Shown in pieces: positions 39,900-50,917 of a DNA stretch of 64,000 nt. Every line of letters starts with the position of its first letter. Within the stretch, counting starts at the first letter, position 1. Source of the stretch: Polymyxa betae A26-41 (Eukaryota > Protista > Endomyxa: Phytomyxea); the NCBI GenBank assembly GCA_003693705.1, contig RBZT01000588.1:62001-126000 (forward strand), read 5' to 3'. The notes below the pieces were generated by a model that was given only the letters and a program-made list of their open reading frames with translations, made no database searches and had not been told where the DNA came from. The position numbers were made by a program, and so were the translations under genes.

Positions 39900-41700
39900 T
39901 CGCTCAGTTTTCTTCAGATGCTTTGCCTGTACCGTTCTCGGTTCAGGGCGTCCTGTCAGCTTTGCAGTCCAATGCGTCCGTGTGCCAGGCCAAGATTCGT
40001 CTCATAGAAACAGAGCTTGCAGACATTGCTTATCACTCCGGATCAGAAATTGTAAATGAATTCCCTTCCAACAGCTACCACTCATCACCGAAGACTCTAG
40101 ATGCTAATTTGCACCATGGGAAAACCATTTCAGAAATTGGCGACATCAATGCTTAGCAACGTTCAGTCGTGTTTAAGGCTACTGGACTGTTACCAGAATG
40201 AGCATGCAAGCCGGCAGTTAATGCAAGATATTAAGGTATTATATTGCAATCGCAAATCAGGTTTTGAAACTGTAATAATAGGTGGTGAATCCAATTTTCT
40301 CCAAGCTTCTTCAAGACTCTCATAATTGGCTTCAATGGATCGGCCTGCCAATCTATCGTATCCACAAACCCAATTCGTTTTTAGAAGATGTAAAGCATTC
40401 TACAGCATGATATTATGCATCTAATCTCTTACAATTCCAGTTGATATCTATAGCAAGGTGCTTCTCAGAAATGGATTGTGCAGCCATTGTATTACCAGAC
40501 GGTTCAATAATACGAAGCTCAGCAGGCTGGTTAAATCTAACCCCAAGTGACATTTGGGCGATTGTTTTGTTAGGATTTACTACTGATGCCGACCCTTATT
40601 ACGAATATTCCATCAAAATAGCAGTTCGTGGAACCGAGGTAAATTCAATTCCTTTTTTTGACAATTATATACAAAACTGGAATGAAGATGGAAAAAAAGC
40701 TGATCATTATCAAATTCCCAAACTATTTCATAACCATAGTCACATCACCTGACAGTACGAAATCGAAAGATGTCGTTGCGGCTCTGAATCAGTTCAAAGA
40801 ATCAGAATCCGCTCTTGAACCGATTGAAAGCGGCTTTGGTATTAAAGGGTAATCAGCAACGAAAACTCTTGCGAACTGTGTTTGACGCAATGCTATAGAT
40901 ACCTATTATTAAATTCATCGTCGGCATCAATCTGGTTAGCTGAAGGTGAGCAATATAGTGATCTTAGCCAGATCCTGCTAGAAGATTATTGTTTATTTCT
41001 GGACTCAAAATTCTCCGTGACAAATGTCGACGATGACATTATGCATGTTGGGCAGTATACAATTGCCAAGGTGACGACATCTGACTCCAGACAAAAGCCA
41101 GATTCTGAAAGCCTGTTTCTTCAGGATTGGACCGTATATTGGTATAATGATGATGATCTCACTTGTATAGTATGTTTTTCAAATGAAGTTCCGCCTTCAT
41201 GCTTTGAGTATGTAGCCAAGAGCCTACTCGAATATTTGAAACCATTCTATCTAGCAATTCTCGAATAAATATGCGAGTTAAGCGTTAATAATTATCAAGC
41301 TCTTCGGACTCCGCAATTCTCCGTTTGGCCGACGGCATTCAATCTCTCGCCATTCGCCAAATTACCATCAATATACAGAGATTGTCTGAATTGGCTGGTG
41401 GGTCGTTTCTCTAATCGCATTCATGAGAGAGTTGTTGGTGTATACTACTATCATGAATGCGTAGGATTTCTAATCCGAAGCATCGCAAGCTGTCATGGCT
41501 TGTCGACGTTGTTCCAGACTTGTTCTGGCGTGATCAATGCTTCGGTAAAGTAATGCGCTTGTTGCTGGGTGCTTTCAGATCAAGCGAGGTTTTCTCGTAC
41601 TGAATGTGCTCCGTGACAGGCCTCTCGACTCCTTAAAACCGCTTCTTGGATGACTTGTCATCGCCAGGCTTTTCGCCTGAAGGATTAGAATGCGTTTGAG
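39900..41700 (+). CDS. Hypothetical multi-exon protein with profilin/longin-like alpha/beta segments; boundaries uncertain
   Basis: ORFs 39854-41268 joinable via short introns (e.g. GIKG|YLLLNS); CAAIVLPDGSIIRSSAGWLNLTPSDI resembles a profilin N-terminus. Confidence 0.45.
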
Positions 41701-41902
41701 TCATGGTCGAGAGACATTTCTCCAATGTTCCAATAAATCATCAATGTTTTCGCTCCAAGCCAGATCGCAATATACATAATGAGAGAGCATAACAGCAGTA
41801 GCCCTTCACCATTGCCAACTCCACCTCTTTGTATCGTAAAGATGTTAGTCGTGGAGGCTCCTGTCTCAAATTTGTAATCTCGTCGCCGCTGTAACTATCA
41901 AG

Positions 41903-44260
41903 ATGGGATTGTCATCCAATCTGCCGTTCATTCTACGACTTGGCCGGCTGCATATGACCCAGTTTAGTGCACTTACATATATCACTGCTGCAATCGTATC
42001 GTGCGAGATCACCAAAAATACGCTCAAATGGTCTCCGTTCTTAACGGGGTACGCGTTCGTGTTTGCATGTCAAATGGTGGCACATTTTCTCGGCGAATAC
42101 TACGACCAAGCGTCGGATCGTAAGTTATATCTCAATCTGAAAGCTACCGGCAATTAATCGCGTCTTTAAGGTCTAAATATACATGGAAGTCCATTAACAG
42201 GCGGATCAGGAGTGCTGCAAGCTAATGCTATTAGCCCAAAGATACCGCTCTATGTTGGATGGAGCTTCTCTGCGTTTTGCCTGATTTTGATCTGTTTCGT
42301 GCTTCCAAGCAATGCTACGGTCATAGCTTTAGCTATGTTTGCAATCGCCCATCAATATTCGGCCCCACCCTTCGTTTTGAATCACAACGGTTTGGGCGAG
42401 ATTGCGGCTGCTACCGTACAGAATATTCTCCTGCCAGCATTTGCTGCAATGTGCCAATCATCCCAGTTTCACCCACTTTTCGACGGGCATCTTAAGCATC
42501 TAGTCTGGCCATCTGCTTTCATCAAATTCGCTCTATTTATTGTGCTCAATCTTAACGATAGGCGCCCTGATTGGCTTAGCGACAAAACCACTTTGCCCAT
42601 CCTGATTGGAGAGGATCGAGCCATTATTCTTCATACGATATTCATGGCGTCAGGCTATGTATTCGCCTGGAATATAATGCCCTTTTCTGTGATGAAACTG
42701 CTTACAATGGCTTCATCTCCATTGGCGTTCTGGATCGTCCTGCAAATGTGGACAAATAGGCCTTATCGATATGACAGAATTCTCGCTCTGAGTCTTGTAC
42801 ATTGCACATTAGTCATGTGGTCAATCCTTGTTGACTCTATGATGCATCATATCTTACGAACTGGGTCTGTCCACTGGTCGTTCATTATAGTTGCAGTTTT
42901 GGCGTATAAGTTCGCATTGAGCTGCAAGGGCTTTTTGGCCCTTTGGAAGGATGTGAATTTAGTAACCAATGAGACAAGGCCTCCAGTTCTAATCTGTGGA
43001 GGTGGTATCGCTGGCCTTGTTTCCGCTATCGTTCTGCACCGTCTTAGGATCCCATGTGTTATAATCGAACAGAGGGATGAAGAGCATTCATTGAATGGAG
43101 CCGATCTTGCCCTATGGCCATCAGCTGTACAAACTCTTCGTGCACTTGGAGTCAGGGAATCATTCTGGAATGACAGCGCTCGTTGTGTAAATTCCGTTCT
43201 AATGCGGCAAATGGAAAACGCAAAAACCATTCAAGTGATTGATATGAATGCGGTTGTGGATGGAACGCAAGAGAAGTTCAGATTGGTTTCTCGTCAACTG
43301 CTTATGACGGAATTGAAGAAACTTATCCCTACTCAACACCAGGTTTCATACAATACTAAACTGGTTGCTGTCAGCCATGCTGATGCCAGTAATCAAGTGA
43401 CTGCCCATATCGAATCCTCTGATGGAAAAGACACAATTACCAGGGCTATCGTTTGCAAGCTGATCATTGGCGCTGATGGCGTTTACTCCACTGTTCGTCG
43501 TTTGACATTGCCTAATTGCGGGATTTCGGTTAGATATTGTGGCGAAATGTGTTATAGAGGTGTGATCGACTTCAATCAAAGTCAAGATCCTCAAGGCCGG
43601 CTCTTGTTACCTGTATTCAAAAACATTGTGACTGATGTTCCAGAAGACACAATGCTTATTACCTACGGTCAGGGTATTAGATCATCTGTGGGATACCTTG
43701 ATGAAATCAACAAATCGAGGGGATACTGGTGGTTAAAACAAATATCAAAGCAAAAAGAAGAGAGCCCAGATACAGCTGATTGGCCAGTCAACTTGAAGAC
43801 TTTATACGATCAGACTCCCAAAGAATGCCTATACGCGCATGAGATCATCGACAGCAGACCCGCTTCTCGCCGTATAACTTCACATTGCTCAGTTTTAATT
43901 GGGGATGCCGCTCACCCAATCACTCCGAATATGGGTCAAGGAGCCTGCTTGGCAATCGAAGACGCTTTCGTTTTATGCACGAATATTGGGTTTTATTCCG
44001 ATTACGTTGATGGAGACACCGAAGCATGCTATCAATATGAAATTTCAAGAAGAAATCACACTGCAGCAATTGCCCGCTCATCCTACATTCAGAGCAAAGT
44101 TGGCCAACTGTCAAATCCAATCTTGGTCTGGATGAGAAATAATATTTTGTACAATCTGCCACGACGCATTTTAATCAACCAACTTCGAAGTAACAATTTC
44201 GATATCAGTCACCATTTAAACTTGTTTGTTCATCAAAGTGCATTAGCCGAAGCTTGTTAA
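41903..44260 (+). CDS. Fusion of a UbiA/MenA-type prenyltransferase and a class A FAD-dependent monooxygenase; about 768 aa, one intron 42120-42170
   Basis: GEYYDQASD, SPLTGGSGVL, YSAPPFVLNHNGLGE, NLNDRRPD..KTTLPI, about 9 TM helices; then GGGIAGL, IGADGVYSTVR, IGDAAHPITPNMGQGACLAIEDA in the same ORF. Confidence 0.92.
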
Positions 44261-44350
44261 TAACCATATCTACAATGAGGATGTATTTATAAACAATTAG
44301 AGATTTGCAATAAGATATATGAGGTCTTATGAAGCTTATGCTGCCTCGCG

Positions 44351-46586
44351 TTAGCAATCGTCGAATGTCAGGACTCTCCTGACATTCGGCGTCCCAAGAG
44401 AAAGATCTTTTTGAAAGGTCGAAGCGATGGTTGCCGCTTTAGAAGAAAACTGAGGCGATTCTGAAATCATCGGCCCACTTGAAAACATCAACTTCGCCTC
44501 TCTTTGAGAAGCGAGGGTCTTTGAAAAAGCTCGTGCTGGCGAAGCTTCTACAAGAACTTGTAAGGGCTTGATGGAAGAAGATTTTTCAGCAAGCATAAAA
44601 AAGTTTGAATCCGAGCGTCGGCGTTTTGGATCACGATCAGGAAACGAACGACTCCATTTCACTTGATTGTCAAGGCGGCTTGAAAAGCAGCTGACAGTTC
44701 GTCTGCGCTTTAGGCAACTCTCTTGCGCAACCAGCTCCAGCAAATTCGAATTTGTTTTTAACATCAATAAATTCTTTGAACTTGAACTGGGAGATTCAGG
44801 TAAGCCAGCGTTCACGGCATCTGTAAAAGTCTCGGCTTCAGGCAGGATTACAGTCTGCGATGATATCTCATCATCATCAGCTCTCGAGAGTGAATCAGGA
44901 GGTTCCAAATCCATGTGATCATAAAGTCCCAGTAAAGTTAAAGGAAACTTGACCCCATAGGAGTAAACAAGAATTGTGTTCAAGAAATTTTCCAGTTCCA
45001 TTGAAGCACTGCCGGCGAACATGACCGAAAGTTTTGCAGCATTATCCTGCAAATAAGCAATAGTTCGCTCTTCGAGCGGATCTTGGCTGTCCCGGAATCG
45101 AGCGATCTCAAACGCAACCACCATTTGCAACTGAATGCCGGGTATCGACTCAGATAGATTGGGCTGAGCTGCTAACGCCTTTTCTAAAGATTCAGCCATC
45201 TGATGCTGGCTTTCCCGCTTATCCAGAGTTGACTGTTGCATTCTATTGATGTTTCGAATCTCTGATGGAGCATCCACTATATCTTTCCTTTCATCCAGTA
45301 TCTGCTTGAAGAAGCTCGAAAGCGCAGCAATAGGAGAATTATCTTCGAATCCAGCGACTGGCCTATCTAACCCTTGCTCTTTACTTTGACGCAAAGCGTG
45401 AAGGCGTACAGAAATGTCATCGCGTTCGCGTCCGACTGTTACATAATCTGATTCAATCACGGCATCGCAAGAGACGGAATCCAGATCGGAGAGAAACTCG
45501 CCCCGGAAATTGAAAGTCTCATCATAAACTCTGGGATTGTGAACAGCGCTTGGAAGCAGATCAAATCGTTGCAATTTCGATATAATATCGTTATGCACAT
45601 CCACGTCGATTTTTAATACGAAGAAAACGAGATCTAAGTCGTTGTGTTAGAGTGGTATTTCTAGATCGCAACAGGCCCGAAAAGAAATTCCCTACCTTTG
45701 ATAGGAAATAATATACCACAAAGATTATCAAACTGCACAACCGCAACAAGATCACGTATGTAAAGATTGCATAAGCTGGGATGAAGTTTTCTTAGAGATA
45801 TCCACGCTGCCGATGAATCCAGTTCTGCATCTCCAGTAATTAAGGCTCTACGGCAATCTCGAACATTAACTGCATAGCGAATGTCGACTCTGCTTTTAAT
45901 GTTATGAGTCCGGATGGATATTTGGGAGCAATCCGGGAACATCAAGGTAGATTTGAAAATATTGACTGTGTTCGGGGGTGCAATTCCTAATGTCTCGGGC
46001 CTAAACACAGTAAGGTGTGTTTCGACCTCATCAGGAGCGATCAACGATCCATTGGACTTCAGCAAAGTTCTGCTGAATGCCAGCGTCGCAGATTTAGAAG
46101 GGTTCGGTGACAAATCCACCCAAATCAAGCGCGAATTCTTCAAGCTTAGAAGAGCAATTCGAAGAGCTCTTGCACATGCAGTAGACAGCGCTGACCTTGG
46201 CGCCGGCCCAAATATGACTACATCGGAATATGAAGGAGTAAGCAACTTGGGCAAATTGTTTAGAAGATCTGTAAATTCCAGCATCATTGGGAGAGCTATA
46301 ATGTGAGCAACGCAGAATGTAAAGCATTACTGAAGACTCAACGAAAAAAGGGCATACTTAACAAATCTGGGGACGAACGATCTTTTGATATTCGTCTCGA
46401 CCAGTCAGAGGTAAATTGTCTCCAAGCAGTGGCCCAACCCGATTCCGAACGTTTCCGATGGGCCCGACCCAAGCTCGTCCAAATCAGAAACGAACAGGGT
46501 CTCTTCTGAGGCAGAAGCGCTTCTAGGATTCGGATCGCATCTTGGCCCGGCAGGAACTGATCAAACCCGATCAGCAGCGACGACAT
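44351..46586 (-). CDS. Treslin/TICRR (Sld3)-like replication-initiation factor
   Basis: QLQMVVAFEI...LENFLNTILVYSY..KFPLTLLGLYDHMDL resembles the Sld3-Treslin domain; paired CDK-like sites VEASP and ISESP; vWA-like N-terminus. Confidence 0.65.
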
Positions 46587-46657
46587 CAAATGACGAAGGG
46601 GCCGAAGGAAGTGATGATTGCGGGCCTCCTCGTCTCTCTCACATTTCCCGCCCCAAT

Positions 46658-46716
46658 GCCCATCACCCCATCACCCCATCTGCCTTTTAACCAATCACCC
46701 CACCACCCCATCACCT
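46658..46716. repeat. (CCCCATCA)n-like C-rich repeat; a second cluster lies at 54240-54268
   Basis: cccatcaccccatcaccccatc at both loci. Confidence 0.8.
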
Positions 46717-47035
46717 CTTCTATCAATCATTCCATCGCTTTCACTTCGCCTATTTGGCCTTTTTAGCGACTATCATGGTGCCCTTCGAATTGCATTCAAT
46801 CTGCAAGCTTGCTCTTTATTGCAAAGTGTCAGCTACCTGCCTGTTGACCTGCGACAGTTTAGTTTTTTTTTTGCTTTCACGACCTCATTGTAGCACAGCT
46901 AGAGGGCGACGACGTGGTCGATTTAAAAACGGTTGAAGGCATCCCCTGCGGCAAAAGAAAGGCCACGAAGAATTGGTGCGCTGTTCCGTTGGGATGAAAT
47001 TCATCCATTCACTAAAGCCGGCTTTTCATGCGACT

Positions 47036-47786
47036 ATGGACGACAGCATATTCGGTGATTCGCCCAGGACGGATTATGTCTGGGTCAAATACTATCGCGA
47101 AGTGATAAGAATCAATTCCGGCGAATGCGACGACGTCGAGGACCTGGCCGGGGAAGTCGTCAAGGCGTTCAGTCCGCTCTTCGACGACGTTCCTTTGCAT
47201 CAAATCGATCTGCATATTTATGGCGATTACGACGCGCTGCCTTTCGATCTCGATCTATACGAATTGTCTCGTTATTTCGGCTTTCAGCTTCCGAACACGA
47301 CCGATTGTCCAATGGTCGTCACGGTCCCTCCTGAATATGATCGCTACCAGCAACGATTATCTGGTTGGGATCTGAAAGCCATCCGTTGTCGTAATAATCT
47401 GGAATGCAGAGCTAATCTCGAGCCAAACTCGTCAAGAATGCTCGCTAGCGAACCTTAATAAGCTCAACCAAAGCAAAGTACCTTTCACAATGACATTACT
47501 GATCGTTTGCTGAAAGATTTCAGATGATTGAGGTTCTCGACGATGTCTGCTGCATTTGCTGGAAACCCATCATCTCGTGTAAACCGTTCACTGTTCAGGT
47601 TGGTGTTCTGAATCGTCCAACTCATGATTGGTTCGTGATCGTGATTCTCTGTAGGACGTCGAATCGGAAATCAAAGCCAATCGTGTGCTGCTTGTAAGCT
47701 GCGGTCATGGATTTCACGACGAATGCATCGTGGAATGGATCTCAGAACGACATATCTGTCCAATATGTCGGCGATTCTTACTCTAA
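47036..47786 (+). CDS. Crinkler-header-like ubiquitin-fold domain plus RING-H2 E3 ligase; 4 exons, about 200 aa
   Basis: VWVKY..CDDVEDL...FSPLFDDVPLHQIDLH..NTTDCPMVV. Introns 47364-47409, 47478-47523 and 47599-47654 join it to CCICW...CGHGFHDECIVEW..CPICR*. Confidence 0.75.
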
Positions 47787-47935
47787 ATCTATCAGACATC
47801 TTCGAAAGTAAATCAGTCATAAAAACTGAGGTTTGAATGCCTTCTCAACGCGAATTTTTTAATTTTGGAGCAATTTTTCGGTTGAAGTCGCTTCATTTCG
47901 GTACATATTAAGGATCGATTCTGTTATCTATAGCT

Positions 47936-49373
47936 ATGTACAGAATCGTCAATCGAGTAGCAGTGAATCCTGCTCGCTGTTCCCATCTGGATGTTACAGG
48001 CGTCTCTAATGATTGGCTTCAATGGAATCTCAATCGAACTCTATCATGCAGGCATTGCCAGGATCGGTGCCGACCATCACTGAAAGCAGCCGGTCGCTGT
48101 CGGAAGAGCAACGCTCCGTCTCAGGATCCTAAAGACAACGCCTTAGTGGCATTCACTGATAATTCGGAGCCTGATGAGAACGCTTCGATGCCGGATGAAG
48201 GTCAAGACGTAAAGAACGAAGATGCCGGTGACGGGACATCTCTGAACGACGACTTCCACACGCCGATAGGATCCACGCCCAGCAATTACGAACAGGATCG
48301 CGAGCGAGCTTTACGAGTTCAACGCAACCTCTCCAACGAATTTCAAGGCGAATGTGATGCCGATGATCTTCAGACAGAATCCGATATCATCGTTCAGACA
48401 TTTCCGATGCCAAGACAGATGCCGCTGTTGTCAGCAGATAATGCGACGCCCATTGAACTGCTGCCGATACTGAATCGCTATCAATTGACAGATTCCAGCA
48501 GAGATTGGTCCGAAGAGCTGCTGCGCGAATCCGAACGTGTTCCAGAAATCGTTCGCGATCCATCATCAACAATGACAGTTGTTGGGGATATCTCGGAATC
48601 GACTGCATCTCAAGCGCCGACTCAGCGACCACGACGCCATCGATCGGCTGCTCCACTGAACCGACCACCTTGGAAACCGATCTTTGTTGGTTCATCAAGA
48701 CGACCATCGATTGAAGTCTCCAGAGCGAATGAAGTCCCTAGAGCCATCTCACCAGAAATTGAACGGTCAGACAGTAGTCTGTTTGGAGCTGGGACTATAG
48801 CTGAGAAGGGATCTGAACGTCAACAAGATCAAGATGAGAATGTCGCTCCTGAGATGAAACCGATCGAACAGAATTTCGAACGAAGAGAAAGTTCAGAGCA
48901 GATAGAATCATTGAGCTCGATCGTTGACATATTCCAACCAATCAGCCAAGCAGGAAGCGCATTTCTGAATCCATATCCGCTTTGCACTTCGCCAGTTCTC
49001 AATGAACCTTGTTTGAGACAACCTGATCGAAACGCAACTCCCATCGAATCCAAGGCCAACGAGCTGAATGTCAGAAGCGATGTCGCGATATCGACGGCCC
49101 CAGAGCCTCGATCACCCAGCAGAATGGCAGCATGCAGAGCGAGTCGTTCGGAAGTGAGAGACTGGCCGCCATCAACAGAATATCGAGTCCAATATCAGGA
49201 TAGATTCGATACTGATGTTCATAGAAGGTCAATATTCAGTAGACCACATAGTAAGTCGTACTAGTTTTGTTGTTGGGGATCTTTCATGATATTGGCGTTC
49301 AGTGTTCGATGAGAGATCTCCAGCTCCGATTATTCCAATGTTTGAATCAGAGTACACCTCCTCATATATTTAA
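47936..49373 (+). CDS. Largely disordered hypothetical protein with C-terminal [ST]EYxxxY motifs
   Basis: 442-aa ORF plus a likely terminal exon; STEYRVQY and ESEYTSSY. Confidence 0.6.
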
Positions 49374-49479
49374 AACGGGTTTTAAACAGTTTAGTTATAA
49401 CACGTTATTGCTGCAACAAACTAATAAATAATCGATCAGTAGCTTGAGATAGAACATTTGGCATGTTCGGTTTCAAAGA

Positions 49480-49879
49480 TCACCGCTTCAGTCGAAACTC
49501 CCCCGACGCCAGGTCGTTATGGACACGAACATGATCCGATGGATCGTATCTGGAAGCGGGCGGATACGACACTGGGTCCTTCGATGGGCCGGCTGTGGCC
49601 GGTCCAGCCCGGCGCTGAAACCCAGGCTGCAGGGCCAGATGGGAATTATCGAACGGGATCCAATGGCTGGCCAGCAGGGCGTCGGTCTCTGGGACGGAGA
49701 TGGTCGGGCATGGAGGCGGCCGAAGGACGCTGGGCACCACCGGATTGACGAGGTCGGCGTCGGCGAACGCGGACCCGAGCAATGGCCAGCTGGAGCTGTC
49801 GCCGACCGTATTGTTCGTCATGGATCGGAACGGATGCATGCCGTGGCGACCCTAAAGAGGCGATGACGCGCACCGCCAT
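49480..49879 (-). CDS. Small GC-rich hypothetical protein; frame uncertain
   Basis: GC-rich block with several overlapping ORFs, flanked by AT-rich spacers. Confidence 0.3.
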
Positions 49880-50136
49880 GCCGCCAACGTCTGTCGTTGG
49901 TAGTCGTCGTCTCTGCTAAATCATTTACATAATGTTATATGTGGTCAGTATGGGCTGTATGGCCCACTGTCATTGATTGTTTTTTTTTTGCAAAAAAGTG
50001 TAAAAATGTGAATAGTTGGCGATGAATCAACCTGTTGAAATTCTCGAACTTTTTTGGGGTTCGTTCTAGTCTTCCAGTCCATACACTCCATCGAGCCACA
50101 AATTTGATTCGGAGCGCTTTCGGCCTTAGAGGAAAG

Positions 50137-50828
50137 ATGCCGTCCAGGCGTACGCTGGCGATCGTCTGGGCCGCTGCTGGACCCGCCCTGGCACTATTCG
50201 TCGTAATGATCACGTCCAGTTCGGCGTCGTCGCCTTCGCAGCTGCAATGCCAATCAGGCGGTATGAAATCGGTCTTCGTCGTCAATGTCGACAACCCACA
50301 GATCAAGACGATGTTGGAGACCTCGATCTTGAAGACGAAACTGAAGGCGTACGTTGTTCTTCCCATCACCATCGAACCAATCCTGACCTGCTTAGATATC
50401 TGCCAAAGGACCAATACATGGTATGTCTAACAGGAGATCAGCTGGGTCAGATTCAAGCACAGAATATTGGGGTCACCCCATTACACCTTGATAGACGTCT
50501 ATCACCAGGTCTATCTGGGGATTCTGCCACTCCAGGGACACAGCTCATCGCTGAACTCTGCGATAACGACGATCGCGATCTCGCCGACCTCGTCCAGCGT
50601 CTTCGACCTCAGCTCGCCGATCTCCAGGTCGCCCTCGACCCGGTCTCCGCCAAACGTCTCAAGATCACCCTGAACGGTAACGCTCAGGTCGTACCCGCTC
50701 CCGTCCCGTTGTCTGATTCACTGGGGTGGGCAGGTACGACGCCGCCGGTTCAGGTCGCCCGCAGCCTCATCGATCTGCTCTGCGAGATCGTCTGGGTCGA
50801 GCCCAAAGGCCGGATCGTCCTGCATTAG
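50137..50828 (+). CDS. Secreted or signal-anchored protein resembling a free-standing subtilase (KP-43/TagC-type) propeptide; about 195 aa
   Basis: Hydrophobic N-terminus; introns 50349-50395 and 50677-50733; AYLPKDQYMV and terminal CEIVWVEPKGRIVLH*. Confidence 0.5.
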
Positions 50829-50917
50829 GGTTGGAGGTGGCACCCGCGAGCAGCAGCCATGGGGGACATACTGGCCCCCGTCGCTTTGTCCCATAATAAT
50901 AACATTGTAGTATTAAA

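Noticed and set aside
17491-44260. A lipid biosynthetic gene cluster of DGAT2, FARAT and the prenyltransferase fusion
   Set aside because: The genes are separated by many unrelated housekeeping genes; no evidence of functional clustering
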